The notes: generated by a model not told the origin, from the letters alone. Positions 11,002 to 25,000 are shown, counted from the first letter of the stretch. The stretch is 64,000 bases of DNA from Mobula hypostoma (GCF_963921235.1 NC_086097.1:67706001-67770000); one strand, 5' to 3'. Made by a program: numbers and translations.

Positions 11002-14000
11002 TAAGACCAAGAAATTGATTGTAGACTTCAGGAGAGGGAAACCAGAGGTGCGTGAATTATTGGAGAGTCAGAGGTGGAGAGGATCAGTAACTTTAAATTC
11101 CTGGGTGTCACTATCTCAGAGGACCTATCCTGGACCCATTACATCAATATAATTGTGAAGAAAGCACGACAGCACCTCTATTTCCTCAGGAGTCTGCGGA
11201 GATTCCGCATGTCATCAAAAACCTTGGCAAACTTCTATAGATTTGTGGTGGTAAGTGTGCTGACTGGCTGCATTATGGCCTGGCACGAGAACACCAATGC
11301 CTTTGAGTGGAAAATCCGACTAAACATAGTGGATTTGGCCCAATACATCAGAGGTAAAGCCCTCCCAATCATTGAATACATCAACATGAAACATGGCTGT
11401 AGAAAAGCAGCATCCATCATCAAAGACCCTCAGCACCCAGGCCATGTCTTTCCTCGACACTGCCATCAGGTAGAAGGTACTACACTCATTCTATTTCTGG
11501 TGTTCCCACAACTGATGGTCTCACTTTAAGGAGACTTGGTATTTCATGCTCGTTATTTATTGCTATTTATTTATATTTGCATTTGCACAGTTGTTGTTCA
11601 TGATCCTGTTTACAATTACTGTTCTATAGATTTGCTAAGTATGCCCACAAAAAAAATCTTGGGGTTGTATGTGGTGACACATATGATAATAAACTTTACT
11701 TTGAACTTTGAAGCTGAATTGGAAAGACTGGTCCAGAGTAAGGATTTGGAATCAGTGTATGTAAGTAAATGGGCAATTCCAGTTGTTTCTCTACTAAAAA
11801 TGGGATGGGTCTTTAAGGCTTGGTGGAGACTTCAAGGTAACCACTAACATGGTTTTTATGGCTGAACAATACCCTCTTCCCCTCATTAACGACCGGAGGA
11901 CAGACATTTAGCAAGATGGACTTGTGTCAAGTGTACTTGCAGATGCCTGTGGAGCCAGAGTCCCAGGAACTGTTGATCATAGTGACTCAAAAAGTAATGT
12001 TCAAGTACCAACGGCTTCTGTTTTGTCGATTAAGATCTTTCTTAGGACTACTAACATACTACTCGAAGTCCGTTCCTAACCTAGGTAGCATGCTGAAACC
12101 ACTTAATGACCTTTTAAGAAAGGTCTAAACAGTTTTGTCACAATCTGAAGCATTCACACACTTCAACCCGTCATCGCTCACACAGTTGGTCTGTGACACA
12201 TCACCCTATGGTGTGGGGGGCAGTGATATCACACGTCATGCTGTCAGGTGAAGGGCATTCAGTTGCTTTTGTATCAAGGACATTAAGCAAGGCAGAGAGC
12301 CACTATGCTCAGATTGAGGATATTCCTTCCCTGGCTGCCATTTGAATGGAGTGTTGGGTTCTGTCACTATCTGCACATCAGTACAGTATAAAACACAGGA
12401 GGTCTGTGCACCATTCAATTGCTGGTGGACTATCCAGACTTCCCTTAGCTGTTACAGCTCCAGAGCCATCCCTGGAAGAGATCTTTTAGTTCAAGGAATT
12501 ACCAATAACTGCAGCACAAGTCCAGAAGCACACACACACTGACCCTGTCTTTCTAAAACGGTGGACATGGTAACTCTAGAATGGAAGGGAGAACCAACCA
12601 TAAAATTGAAACCTGGTCAGGCTTGATGGAAGGAGCTCACAATCCAAGCTAGATGTTTATTCACTCCTCCACCATTCAGAAAGCAAGTGCTTGACAAACT
12701 ACATGCAGGACACAGTTGCGTAGTGTGCATGAAAGAGAACGCATGCAGTCACTTCTGATAGCCAGGACTGCATGGAACCATTGAAGAGAAGGCCAAAAAC
12801 ATGCCCACATTGTCAGCAAGTGAGAAGTGTTCCTCAATTTGCCCCTTTGCATCCATGGGATGGCCTGAAGAATCATGGCAGAGGATTCACATAGGTTTTG
12901 CTGGAGCTGTAGAAAGCCACATGTTCTTGGTCGTGGTGAACCCACACAGAAAATGGTCTGAGGTTACCATCATGAAGAGAACTACATCTGAAAGACGCAT
13001 TGAGGAGCTAAATTCTGTCTTTATTTGTTTTGGTTTTCCTTAACAGCTCGTAAGTGACAATGGCCTACAACTCCTGTCTGAAGAGTTCAAAGAAGCAAAC
13101 GGTATTCAGCACATCAAGTTAGCACCATATACTCCAGCTCCTAATGGCTTTGCTGAATGATTTGTACAAACAATGAAACAAGCCCTCAAGACTTTAGTGG
13201 GAAGTGGATTCTTCAACTAGTGTCTTAGCACTTTCTTGCTGACATGTTGCAACACACCTCATGGCACCACCAAAATGTCTTTTCACTGATGAAAAGACAG
13301 CTTTACAGCTGACTTGACCTGCTTAGACGCCCAAACACAGATTGTGCTAAATGAAACAGAAACCCAAACAGAGAGACATGCCAAAGCACAGTACAGAAGT
13401 TTCACAGCAACTGACAGTACTTGCCCAGAATTACATCTCTGGAACAAAGTGGTTACCTGTGACTGTGGTGGAGCAAACTGGTCCTTTGCCATACACAGTA
13501 GGAGCCAGTAACCACAATATCTGGGGAAGGCATGTTGATCAGCTGTTGCCAACGCCTGAGGCTACTGAAAACCAACACAAAACTGAACAATCCAGATCCA
13601 GTTATAGAAATGGGACAGGATTCTGAGACAATGACTGCAAACCTCTGTTAAGATCAAATGACATCACCTGTGCTTTTCTGAGTAGTCCCTTACTGACAAT
13701 GCAGTACCTAAGCCAAGATCTATACAAACACCACCGAGAAATAAAATGACTTTGGTGTCAACTTCAGTTCGGTACCCTCACAGGAACAGGCAAATTGAAT
13801 CTCCAGTTCAGTGGCTAACCCTCAGCACATGGGGCAGAATAACCCCTAGGGTTATGTCTGGAAATAGAGGTAGCCTATTCACTTACCCTAGTTTAAAAAA
13901 AAACATTGTTGTTGGTTGAATTTGATGATTACTTCATTGAATGTTAATATTTAGCAGCTGGTCTGTGAATGGGGAGGGGGAGAAACCTTTAAAATAAGGG

Positions 14001-14010
14001 GGGAGGGATA

Positions 14011-14211
14011 TGTTATATATTCATGTATATTTGACTCTTATAGGCTGCTGTCCAGCTTCCCTGTATGTTATGTACTGAATGAAATGTGAGAGGGCATTCT
14101 GGGTAGATGACTTACAGGAAAAGTAAACAGTTGCACGTTTGTCCCTCATCTCTCTGTCTCTTGTGTATGTTATTTACAGTCACCTAGTTTCCCAGTACCA
14201 CAAACACAACA
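14011..14211 (+). repeat. Gypsy 3' LTR
   Basis: Polypurine tract AAAATAAGGGGGGAGGGA (13991-14008) is followed by TGTT...AACA termini, with an internal AGTAAA signal. Confidence 0.75.
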
Positions 14212-15719
14212 GGTTTCTTATTTCAGCATTTCACTAAGCACATGAAAACAACTTTATTTCAATAATCTGAAAGTACCAGGTGGTATCTCCTCAAATTTCT
14301 GGTATTATAAAAATATACCAAAGAAAAAGGAACTTGTAATGTATGAAGAAGGCTGATATGATGCGCAAAACTTAATGGATATGTGGTTCCTGACATTCAT
14401 TCTCTCTTCATTCTCAATCTAATGGGAATCCTTCACATTTATGGGGATAATTTACACATGGTTCTTAACTGGAATTGAAATTGATCCAATATTTGATTAA
14501 AAGATGTAGAAACAATAAGGAAAAGCAATAGATGGATCATAATTTGTGCATAGTTAAATGACTGACTGAACAGATTTTAAATAAACTCCTCCTGAAGGCA
14601 CACAATCACCACTGTCATACTGGCTTCCAGGGGACTTTAGTCAGCCAATTTATTACCGACAAAGGGTATCCCAAGGAGTTTATGGGAAAGCATACTGCTA
14701 CTATGCAATTCATGACATGAATTACTTCTGCCACACAAAATAAATCTTGTTAAAAAGGTAAATTCAATAAAATAAAGCCTCAAAACAGAATTAACCATGA
14801 ACAACCATGCATCAGAATCATTGGGAAGCAAGTTGGGTCGTTAAATAGTTATATACCAAAATTCACAATAAGGAGCTCAGCAGGTATTTAATACCATTAT
14901 GCAATAGCAGGAAAATTAGTAATTCAGTGGAAAGCTTAGAACTTACAGCAAGTAGCTTAGTGGGACTACCAAGTTATATAATAAATTGAATATTAAATAA
15001 ATGAATGTCTTAAATTCACTTATCCTCAAATTTGGTATGATTCTGAGGTGCATCAGAAATAGAAACCCAACAATCAAACAATCGTTATTTTTAGACCCCA
15101 TCTTCTTAATCCTAACGAGCTGTAAATAATAATTGGGCTTACTACAGGTGGCCTCTTATTCCCTCACTAATTTTGCCAGAAATCAGGCTTGCCATAAGTC
15201 TGGCACAGGATGATGAGGGGAATTTTTCTGCCAGCAGCTTAAATTATTATGTAGAACGTAGAGGAACATTTCTGTTTGTTTTGAATCTATACAAATTAAA
15301 ATTTAATGAATTGCTGAGCATTTTCCAATGGTCCCTTTAAAGATTACTGTTCAATTAGTTTATTACCCGAAAGTATTAGCTGGTGCTTTGTGTTGAATAG
15401 TTTAAAGACCCAGAGTAGCTCAAGTGGGGCCCATCAACTACATTTGTTGCTTGCATTCCCCGCAGCTTGCCAGATTCAGATTGGTAAGGCTGAACTTTTT
15501 GACTGACAGCCACAAACATTCAAATGACAAGGCTTGGCTTTGTGCAATGTGGTTGTGTCACATGAGTGGCTCAGAACAAATTCTACCCTAAAGGCTCTTT
15601 AAAAAGCTTTAACAGACAGCACCTTTTTAGCTTCTGACAAATCTACCAAGTCTTTGGAATGCTTCTGTTTGTTGCTGACATTCTACCCAAGTGCAAATCC
15701 ATGAGCAGATTCCCTAAAG

Positions 15720-17720
15720 TGCCGGAAAATTTGTGGGAAGTTGGCACCAGTACTGGGGAAAGAGGGAACTGTTCTATTGGGACAGGCTCCATGTGTATCA
15801 TGCTGGGACCAGGATGCAGGTGAATTGTATAACTAGGGCTGTGGATAGGGCTTTGAACTAAATAATAGGGGGTGGATTCAGTATGGATAAAGTAAGAGCA
15901 AAGGAGAGTGCAGCAGAGGACATGTGAGTCTCCAGAATAAAACAAACAAGTCAAAAAGTTGAGAAGAGGATAGGAATTTAACTTCAGGCAACATGGAGAC
16001 AAAATCGAAAAGAAGGGTGGTGAAGACAGGACTAAAGGTGTTACATTTGAATGCATGCAGTATATGGATTATCTTGTAGTGCAGTTAGAAACTGGCAGCT
16101 ATGATGTTGTTTGCATCACTGAGTCATGGTTGAAAGAATATCACAGCTGGGAGCTTAACGTCCAAGGATACACATCATATCAAAAGGACAGGCAGGAGCG
16201 CAGAGGCAGTGAGGTGGTTCTGTTGGTAAAAACAAAATCAAATCCTTAGAAAGAAGTGACATAGGATTAGAAGATGTAGAATCCTTGTGGGTCAAGTTAA
16301 GAAACTGCAAGGAGTAAAAAGTCCCTGATGGGAGTTATATTAAGGCCACCAAAAGTAGTCAGGATGTGGAGTATAAATTACAATGGGAGATAGAAAAGTC
16401 ATGTAAAAAGGTGAATGTTACAATAGCCATGGGGAATTTCAATATGGAGGCAGATTGGGAAAATCAGGTTAGTCTTGGACTTTCAGGGGAAATCTTACAT
16501 GACAAATCTGTTGGAGATTTTTGAGGAAATAACGGATAGGATAGACTAAGGGGAATCAGTGGATATTGTTTACTTGGATTTTCAGAAGGCCTTTGACAAG
16601 GTGCCACACATGAGGTTGCTAAACAAGATAAAAGCCGATGGTATTAGAGGAATAATTCTAGTGTGTACAGAAGACTGACTGACTGGCAGAAAGCAGAGTG
16701 GGAATAAATGGGGCCTTTTCTGGTTGCCTGTTGGTGATTGGTTGTGTTCCACAGGCGTCAATATTGGGTCCACTCTTTGTCATGTTACAGATCTGGGTGG
16801 CAGAATAGATGCCTTTGTGGCCAGGTCTGTGAACAAAATAAAGCTATTTGGAGGAGCAAGTAGTGTTGAGGAACAGGGGTCAGCAGAAGGACTTAGAAAG
16901 ATTAGAAGAATGGGCAAAGAAGATGGCAGATGGAATACAATATAGGGAAGTGCATGGTCATGCACTTTGGTAGAAGAAATCGAGGTCTAGGCTATTTTCT
17001 GACCAGGAAATGAACTCAGAAATCAAAGGTGCAAAGGGGCTGGTGCAGTATTCCCTAAAGGTTAATTTGCAGGTTAGGGAAGGAAGACAAATGCAGTGTC
17101 AGCATTCATTTTGAGAGGTTGAGAATATAAAAGCAAGGATATAATGTTGAGGCTTTACAAGTAATTGGTTAGACCACATTTGGAGTATCGTGAGAAGCTT
17201 TGGTCCCCGTACCTAAAAAAGGATATGTAGGCATTGAAGAAGTTCCAGGGGAGATTTATGAAAATGATCCTGGGGATGAAATAGTTAATGAATGAGGCAT
17301 ATTTGATGGCTCTGATCCTGTACACACTGGAGTCTAGAAGAATGAGGAGAGGAATCTTATTGAAGCTTACCGAATATTGTAAGGCCTAGATAGAGTGGAC
17401 GTGCAGCAGATGTGTGAGAGTCTAGAAAAATAGGGCACAGCTTTAGACTAGAGGGATGTCCCTATAGAACAGAGATGATGAGGAGGATGAATTTCTTTAA
17501 CCAGAGGGTGGTGAATCTATGGAATTCATTGCCACATATGCCCATGGAGGCCAAGTCACAGGGTATATTTAAAGTGGGGGTTGATAGGTAGTAAAGGTGT
17601 CAAAAGTTACTGGAAGAAGGTAGGAGAATGGTGTTGCAAGGGAAAATAAATAAAATGATTGAATGTGGAGCAGACTCTGTGAGTTGAATGGTTCAATTCT
17701 ACTATGCTTTGTGGTCTTAA
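15720..17720 (+). mobile_element. CR1 LINE, internally deleted (APE, RT and 3' UTR)
   Basis: APE: YDVVCITESWLKEYHSWELNVQGY. RT: YLDFQKAFDKVPH at ~16570. C-terminal FFNQRVVNLWNSLP. Confidence 0.88.
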
Positions 17721-17769
17721 GTTCATGTGCCACCATTGTACCAAACTACAGTATAGTCTGGACAGTAGA

Positions 17770-18275
17770 TCATTGATTCCAGCACAGAAGTAGGCCCTTC
17801 AGCCCACCTAGTCCATGCTGACCTGATCTTCTGCCTAGTCCCATCTACCTGCACCCAGACCATATGCCTCCAAACCCCTCCCATCCATGTACCTATCCAA
17901 ATTAAACCCACATCAACCACTTCAGCTGGTAACTCATTCCACACTCACATCACCCTCTGAGTGAAGATGTTTCCTCTCAGAGATTCCCTTATTCAAATTT
18001 TCATGAGAACTCAGGTCCTCAAGTTCTGGCAACATCTTCGTAAGTTTTCTCTGCACTCATTCAAGCTTATTGCAGGTAGATGACCAGAACTACGCACACT
18101 ACTCGAAATGTACGTCCTCAACATAACATACCAACTCCTGTACTCAGTGACCTAATTTAGTAAGGCCATTGCGCTGAAAGCTTACTGTACAACCCTATCT
18201 ACCTATGATGCCACTAGAACGGAATTATACATCTCTATTCCCAGGTCCCGTCTTGTACTGTATACCTTAGAGTCC
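17770..18275 (-). mobile_element. CR1 3' fragment (further remnant ~19050-19280)
   Basis: WNELPAEVVD peptide; 3' UTR TGGGCTGAAGGGCCT on the minus strand. Confidence 0.75.
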
Positions 18276-18280
18276 CCGGA

Positions 18281-19050
18281 ACACACACAAGATGCTGGAG
18301 TAACTCAGCAGGTCAGGCAGCATCTATGGAAGTGAATAAACAGTCAACATTTCAGGCCGAGACCCTTCATTTGGACTGATAGGAGAGGACAGAAGACCAT
18401 GGAAGAAAGGGAAGGGGCGAGGAGCACCAGAGGGAGGTGATGGGCAGGTAAGAACAGAAGGTGTAAGTGGGAAACAGGAATGGGGAATGATGAAGGAGAG
18501 TGGGGGGGTGGAATTACTGGGTTAGAGTAATCAATGCACGTGCCATCAGGTTGGAGGCTACCTAGATGGAAAATAAGGTGTTACTACTCCAACCTGAGTG
18601 TGGCCTTATCGTGACAGTAGAGGAGGCCATGGACTGACATGTTGTAATGGGAATAAGAAGCAGAATTGAAATGGATGGCCACTTGAAAATCTCGCTCTTT
18701 GTGACGGACAGAGCAAAGATGCTTGATGAAGCAGTCTCCCAATCTACGTCGGGTCTCATCGACACACAGGAGGCCACACTGGGAGCATCAGATACAGTAG
18801 ATGACCGCAACAGACTCACAAGTGAAGTGTCGCCTCACCTGGAAAGACTGTTTGGGGCCCTGAATGGTAGTGAAGGAGGAGGTGTAGGGGCAGGTGTAGC
18901 ACTTGTTACGCTTGCAAGGAAAAGTGCAAGGAGGGAGGTCAGTGAGAAGGGACAAATGGACAAGGGAGTCATGTAGGGAGCAATCCCCGTTGAAAGCGGA
19001 AAGCTGGGGGGGGGGGTGCCTGGGAGGAAAGATGTGCTTGGTGGCGGGAT
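18281..19050 (-). mobile_element. Penelope-like element 3' part (GIY-YIG endonuclease plus terminal repeat with dead hammerhead)
   Basis: TFPCKRNKCYTCP...QVRRHFTCESVAVIYCI, then CSQCGLLCIDETRRRLGDCF. A pyrimidine-rich 3' UTR ends in the 100-bp terminal unit at 18281-18380. Confidence 0.85.
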
Positions 19051-19559
19051 CCTCAGAGCCCGAACATTCGCTGTGCAAGTCTTACTTTACTTTGTTCTTG
19101 ACTGCATTAGATTCCATCCTGCCTGTTTTCCCAGGTGCCCAAGATAACACTACAAACTGTGACAGCCTTCCTCGCCGTCTCCAATCTTGGTGTCATCCGC
19201 GAATTTGCTAATCCAGTTTACTACATTCTCATCTGAATTATAAATATAGATAACAACAGAGGCTTCACCAATCCCTGTGGTACACCACTAGCTCTATGTA
19301 GCCCAGTTAAGATTTTGGTGCATTGTTTAACATGGGGATATAAGAAATAATAACTATGTCAATTTGGCCGACAATAACATCCGAGTTAGAACGTCTTGGG
19401 CTCAACATGTGTTTCAGAGATAGGAGTACAAAATAAGGCTAATGCTCTTAGTGTCATAGTGAGAAATGGTATTGCTAGTACAATACTATCTTTGGTGTGA
19501 AACTTCAAACCATTGATCTGTCTTCTGGATGCAGAAGATAATTTGGACAACTAAAAAGT

Positions 19560-19730
19560 AGAAAGAGTGTTTTGCTGGTGTCTGCTCCAACATCTACCTC
19601 TTAAACCAAATAATTTGTTGTCTGTTCTACTGTCATTTCATAGTTCTTCTGTCCTTTCATCATATTTCCTGCGTGTAACAGGGACTACTTTACAAAAGTA
19701 GCTGGTCATAAGCACTTTGATTATGAAAAT
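19560..19730 (+). mobile_element. Possible highly diverged Deu-SINE (SacSINE1/AmnSINE-like) remnant
   Basis: CTGGTGTCTGCTCCAACATCTACCTC...TTTCCTGCGTGTAACAGGGACTACTTTACAAAAGTA...AAGCACTTTG resembles the Deu domain and 3' tail as I recall them. Confidence 0.35.
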
Positions 19731-19899
19731 AAATATAAACTAATTCCTCATTAAGATATAAAGTATGGTAAAGAAAATCAGTGGGCATTATTTGATATAG
19801 ATGCACCATACAATCCATAGTAAACATTTAATTGGGGCAGTTGGTATATTTAAGCATCAGAATTCACAGTATTGGGCACAGCAGCGCAAACAATACTTC

Positions 19900-20212
19900 G
19901 GACTGACAATCACAATAGCAACGGTTGTCTCCCCTGTCACTGTGGAATGAGTGATATCTGTCTCTCCCTATTTAGTGAGAGAGAGAGCCTGTGGGATATC
20001 AAGAAAGTTGGAGTGAACAGGTAGTTTTTGATGTACTGTAGGCTATGGTCTGAATTTGGGGGATTTGCTGTTGCTGGCATGGTGTGTGGTGGGAATGCTG
20101 ATACTATCTGCTGGAACAAGCGGGGGCGGGGGAGAGGCAGAGTTGATGCTGCTTATGTGGGGGGTGGGGTGGGTAGGGGGCTTTGGGGTTCTTGTGTATT
20201 ATTTCTGTCATT
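19900..20212 (+). repeat. Unclassified non-coding repeat fragment (same family as 41858-42631)
   Basis: Shares GAGAGAGAGAGCCTG...GTGAAC...GGGGGCTTTGGGGTTCT with the 42290-42530 region. Confidence 0.65.
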
Positions 20213-20800
20213 ACACCTGAACCAAAAGGGGTCCAATATCCTAGTGGGCACATTTAATAGAGCTGTTAGAGAGGATTTCAACCAGTTTCTCAGGGGGGTG
20301 GGAACTGGAGTGATAGGGTTGAGGAAGGAGAAAACAGAAATAAATCAAAGATAATGTGCAACAGAGATTATAGAAAGAACAGGAGGGAGATGAGGCTTAA
20401 TCACAGCCAGTGGGATGAGTTACAGGGCAATAGAGGCGGGGTGCAGTTAAAACAGAAAGCAACAAAAACTGGACTGAAAATGTTATATTTGAGTGCATGC
20501 AGCATAAGGAATAAAATGGACAATCTTGAAATTCAGCTACAGATTGGCAAATATGACGTTGTGACCATCTCTGAAACTTGGCTAAAGGATGACTACCATT
20601 GGGAGCTCAACGTCCAAGGATATATAGTATGGTGTATCGGAAAGATAGGTTAATAGGCAGAGAGGGAGAGGGGGTGGAGTGGCTCTGTGTATAAGAAATA
20701 TTATTAATCATCAGAAAGAGATGGCACAGGATTGGAAGGTGTAGAGGTTCTCTGGGTTGAGTTGGGAAATGGAAAGGGTAAAAGGATCCTAATGGCATAT
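20213..20800 (+). mobile_element. CR1 fragment (ORF1 end and APE start)
   Basis: LHLNQKGSNILVG; GLKMLYLSACSIRNKMDNL...YDVVTISETWL. Confidence 0.85.
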
Positions 20801-21743
20801 GTGTACTCATTGCAGGAATTCAATAGCTTCAGATGAAGTCGAAGGTTATTTCTTACACTACCCATTGGGAAATAACTATTTGCAATTCACATTTTGGACA
20901 CGTCACTGAATAAATACAAGTACTTAAAATGAAAATTTCCCTAAAACTGGGATAAGAGTGATTCTAGTAGCTGCTTCTATCATGAAATACCACTGTTCTA
21001 TACTCCACCAACAGAGCTTAGAGGCAGAACTGGAATTCTCTCATCAACCAAACTTATCTCATTTAAATTCAGAAGATTTATTTTATACTCAAATATATAA
21101 CAAAATAATTGAAACATTAGTTTGGTGCTTCACCAAAATTGTACAATAAGTTTTTTTTCCCCTTTGTCTTGCAGGCCATGCCTGAGTGACTTCTATGAGT
21201 AAAGGACAGAACTGTGAATGTGGTGTATATAAGGCATTTGTCAAGATTCCTCATGGTAGGCTCATTCAGAATGCCAAGAGGCTTGGGATCCAGAAAACCT
21301 GGCTGCACGGATTCAGAATGCACTTACCCACATAAGGCAGAGGGTGGTAGTAGATGGAGCATATTCTTCCTGGAGGTCTGTGGCTTGTAGTGGTGTTTCA
21401 CAGGAATCTATTTTGGGACCCCTACTCTTTGTGATTTTTATAAATGACTTAGCTGAGGAATTGGAAGGGTGGGGTAGTAAGTTTGCAGATGTCACAGATT
21501 GGTGATATTCTTGACAGTCTAGAAGTTTGTCATGGTTGCAATGGGACATTGACGGCGTACAGCTGGGCTGAGAAGTAGCAAATGAAGTTCAATCTCGAAA
21601 TGTGTGAACTGATTCACTTTGGATTGTGAAACTCGAATACCGAGTACAGGGCTAATGTCAGGATTCTTAACAAGTGTGAAGGAACAGAGGGATCTTGGGA
21701 TCCGAGTCCATAGATTGCTCAAAGTTGTCATGCAAGTTGATAG

Positions 21744-21878
21744 AAACAAGAGAAAAACTGCAGATGCTGGAAATCCAAGCAACACACCCCAAATACTGGA
21801 GGAACTCAGCAGGCTAGGCAGCATCTATGGAAAAGAGTAAACAATCAACATTTTAGACTGAGATCCTTCATCAGGATG
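21744..21878 (-). mobile_element. Short Penelope-terminus/hammerhead element (core decayed)
   Basis: Family sequence. Imperfect TSD GCAAGTTGATAG (21732-21743) / GCAGGTTGCTAG (21879-21890). Confidence 0.85.
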
Positions 21879-21951
21879 GCAGGTTGCTAGGGAGGTTAAG
21901 AAGGCTTTTGGTGCATTCACCTGTTACTTGGGGAACTGAGTTCAAGAACCT

Positions 21952-22061
21952 CTTTTATTCTCCAGTCCTGCTAAAGGGTCTAGGCCCAAAACGTCAACTG
22001 TACTCTTTTCTATAGATGGTGCCTGACCTACTGAGAACCTCCAGCATTTTGTGTGTGTTGC
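21952..22061 (+). mobile_element. Short Penelope-terminus/hammerhead element (core decayed)
   Basis: CAGTC-CTGCTAA-AGGGTCTAGGCCC-AAAAC-GTC-AACTG. Perfect TSD CAAGAACCT (21943-21951, 22062-22070). Confidence 0.85.
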
Positions 22062-25000
22062 CAAGAACCTTGAGGTGATGTTGCACATCTATAAGACTCT
22101 GGTTAGATTCCACTTAGAGTATTGTGTTCAGTTCTGGTCACCTCATTAGAGGAAGGATGTGGAAGCACTAGAGAAAGTGCAGAGGAGATTTACCAGGATG
22201 TTGTCTGGATAAGAGATCATCTTTTATGAGGAAAGGATAAGTGTGCTAGGGTTTTTTTCTCTTCAGAGCAAAGGAGGATGAGAGGAGACTTGATAGAGGT
22301 GCATAAGATATTAAGAGGCATCGATAGAGTGGGTAGCCAGGGATGGTGGGAGAGGTAAATACACAAGGGACATTCAAGAGATTTTAAATTGGGACATAGA
22401 TGAAAGAAAAATGAAGGGCTGTTTGAGAGAAAAGGGTTAGATTGATTTTGGAGTAGGTTAAGAGGCTGACATAACGTCATGACTGAAGGGCCTGTACAGT
22501 GCTTTACTGTTCTAAGTTCCATGTGCTAAATTTTTGACAAATTAAAGACTAAAATGGAAGATCTAGATTGTGCCAAGAACAGAAACAACTGAAATTAATT
22601 TTATATCCTGTTCACTGAAGCACTAATCTAATGTGAATACATCATGTAGAAATGGATGATCTCCTGACCCATACTACAATCAAACAACTGCTGTAGCATA
22701 TTCTGTCTTTTCAGCTCCAACCATTACCTTAATTATATGTTACTATGTAACAAACCATTTATAATAAGCAACACTTCGGTCAAATATGTGGTAATCTGAC
22801 ATTTAGTGTCCTTGAAGTAAACTATCAGGTAATTTCAATCACAATTCTAATTTTTTTTATATATACACAGAGCTCCTCTTACATAAGTGTATGTATTTTG
22901 ATTGTTATAAATAATACAGTAGTATGCCAGAGTTTGAAAACAAAATACTTAGTTTCACATATTGCACTAAAATTATCCAGCAATAATTTTCCATGAAGAT
23001 TAATTATTAAAACCATTTTCCTATCCATAAATATGGGTTTCTTGCCTTGAAGCAAATGCAAAATGTCCTTTGAGATATTTTAATCATATCTATGAGAGGG
23101 TAGTGTCAAGTGATCCGCGATGGAGCATAAATTACGTGTTCGCTCTGACTGAGCAACAAAGCACAAAACTTGAAACGGCGTTAGTGTGATCCACTATCAA
23201 GATTTGAGGACCGTGAGCAGAATCAAAACCAAATAGCTATTCATTTCAAGAATGAGACAAGATAAAACATAGTACAAGGGAAAATAACCCAAATGTGCAA
23301 GTACTCATACACCTGATCAGTATTGGATTTTCCTCTAACTTTCAACCTTTAGGTTATTTTTTTTTTCTTAGGCTGGTCAGAACCTTGAGATGGTCTTCTG
23401 TATTAAAGATAATAATTAAAATTAACACTTCAGCTGTTGAATGACAAGTTATCCTTCAGTTTTTTTGTGTAATAGTCAAGGTGAGTAGAAGAAACATGTG
23501 TACAAAGGACATAAGCCAACTGCTACCCATGCAAAGCAGAAACAACTAGGAGAGACAATGTTCTTTCTCCTGTTGTTGGCTGGGAAACCACTCATCTTCC
23601 TAATGGTGCATTTTTAAGATTGGGAAGACCCCTGTCCAGTGCAGGAATACAGGTGGTGGGACCCTTATCAAGTGCCACTGAATCAGTTATTTCTTTGCAT
23701 AATATATATAGTGAGAGTGGAAGTCCCACGGATGGGTACATTAATGGATTTGCTCTGTTTCACAATGCAATATTTAGGAGAAGCAAGGGATACATTTTCC
23801 TGTGTTGTATCCTCCAACTCTGTTTGCATGATTTGATGATTTTTCCTCTTACAATGATTAAAACAATTTTGGAGTTTTTGAGTTGTTCACTTCCTCTATC
23901 AAAAAAAATATTTGCAGGACTTTTACTAAACCCAGAATATCAATCAATTCTTGGTTGATTAAGAACAAAGGAAATAATGGCTAATGCGAAGCAATGGATC
24001 AGTTTTAACTGCAGTGAAAATGTCTTTACAGTATTATAGAAACACCTGATGCCATTTTCAAAACATTAAACTGTGATTATCTGAGTGCCAGTATATTCTG
24101 TTTTAACTAATCCAACAGCATAGATGTGCTTTCAATTTACCATTAGCATGTATGTGTGTGTCTGTGCATACATGGGAGCAAACGTCTTGAAATGTAGCAA
24201 GCTACATGGAGTGTGAAAATAAAAGAAGTCACTGGGAGTCTATTGTCAATATGCAGAAGCCATGAAGCATGGAGAGCAAAAGAATGATCATTTCAGGTGA
24301 ATCACTTGATCTGCTGAATTTTTCCCAGTATTCTCTGTTTTCATTTCATATTTTCAGCATCTACAATTCTTCTTCTCTTTTTAAACTTATTAGCATGCAT
24401 CATCTGCTGTCCATCCACTGATGCCAATTGGAAGACATGCTGGAAGAAAGCCTGCTTAGGATTTGATCAGCTGTAAAATCAGATACCTCTATATTTTTAT
24501 TCATACACATGCTGCTGCTTCTTTAACATGGCAAAAGGTATATTCAGCCAGTTGTGCTGACTGCTGTGTAATGCTCTAACTTTATTGTGGCACTCCATAA
24601 ACCATTATGTCATGTTGATTTTTTGGAGATCAGTATATTGGATCACTTCAATAGTCTTTACAATAGCAAGGAAGAACTCAAATCATATTCAATTTTTTCA
24701 CTATAATACCTTCACATTCAATTTTGTGACCTTCCATATCAAACATTCACATGAATTACAAATCGATTTAGGTGCGTTTAGTTGCTGAGGCTGATTACCT
24801 GAAAGCAACGGTGGTAGAGGACAGGGTGGTGGGACAGTTGGTAATGCGATAAGTACACATAATGTAGGATCCTGCACCCAGTTGAGAACTCTTCCATCTG
24901 AGTCACTGAGAAAAACTTAATTAATTCATCACGGACTCCCCCCAGCACTTGACAGCATCTCTTACAGAAGAAGCTACAAGTTGGATCTTTGGTTGCATTT

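Larger units (their letters stand above)
7290..11710 (+). mobile_element. Rex1/Babar-like LINE (5'-truncated) nested in Gypsy pol, itself interrupted twice
   Basis: ASLPDEFNSFYACF...[30 protein letters not shown]...FAD-DDT; FKFLGVTISEDLSW. Ends in the AAACTTTACTTTGAACTTTG tail. Confidence 0.9.
7121..14211 (+). mobile_element. Decayed Ty3/Gypsy LTR retrotransposon (pol remnant plus 3' LTR), interrupted at ~7288-11710
   Basis: KAKPVPYVLKPKVE (7242-7287) resumes as EAELERLV...WAIPVV at ~11710. Further peptides: DLCQVYLQMPV (RT), LRSFLGLLTYYSK, WPEESWQRIHIGFAG and APYTPAPNGFAE (integrase). Confidence 0.9.
21165..22520 (+). mobile_element. CR1 RT and 3' fragment with two nested hammerhead elements
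   Basis: [19 protein letters not shown] at ~21437; [11 protein letters not shown] at ~22111; 3' UTR ending TGTTCTAAGTTC. Confidence 0.85.

Noticed and set aside
20121..20190. G-quadruplex-forming G-tracts (also ~28051-28090, ~40609-40630, ~42438-42512)
   Set aside because: Mostly low-complexity parts of repeats, with no evidence of function.
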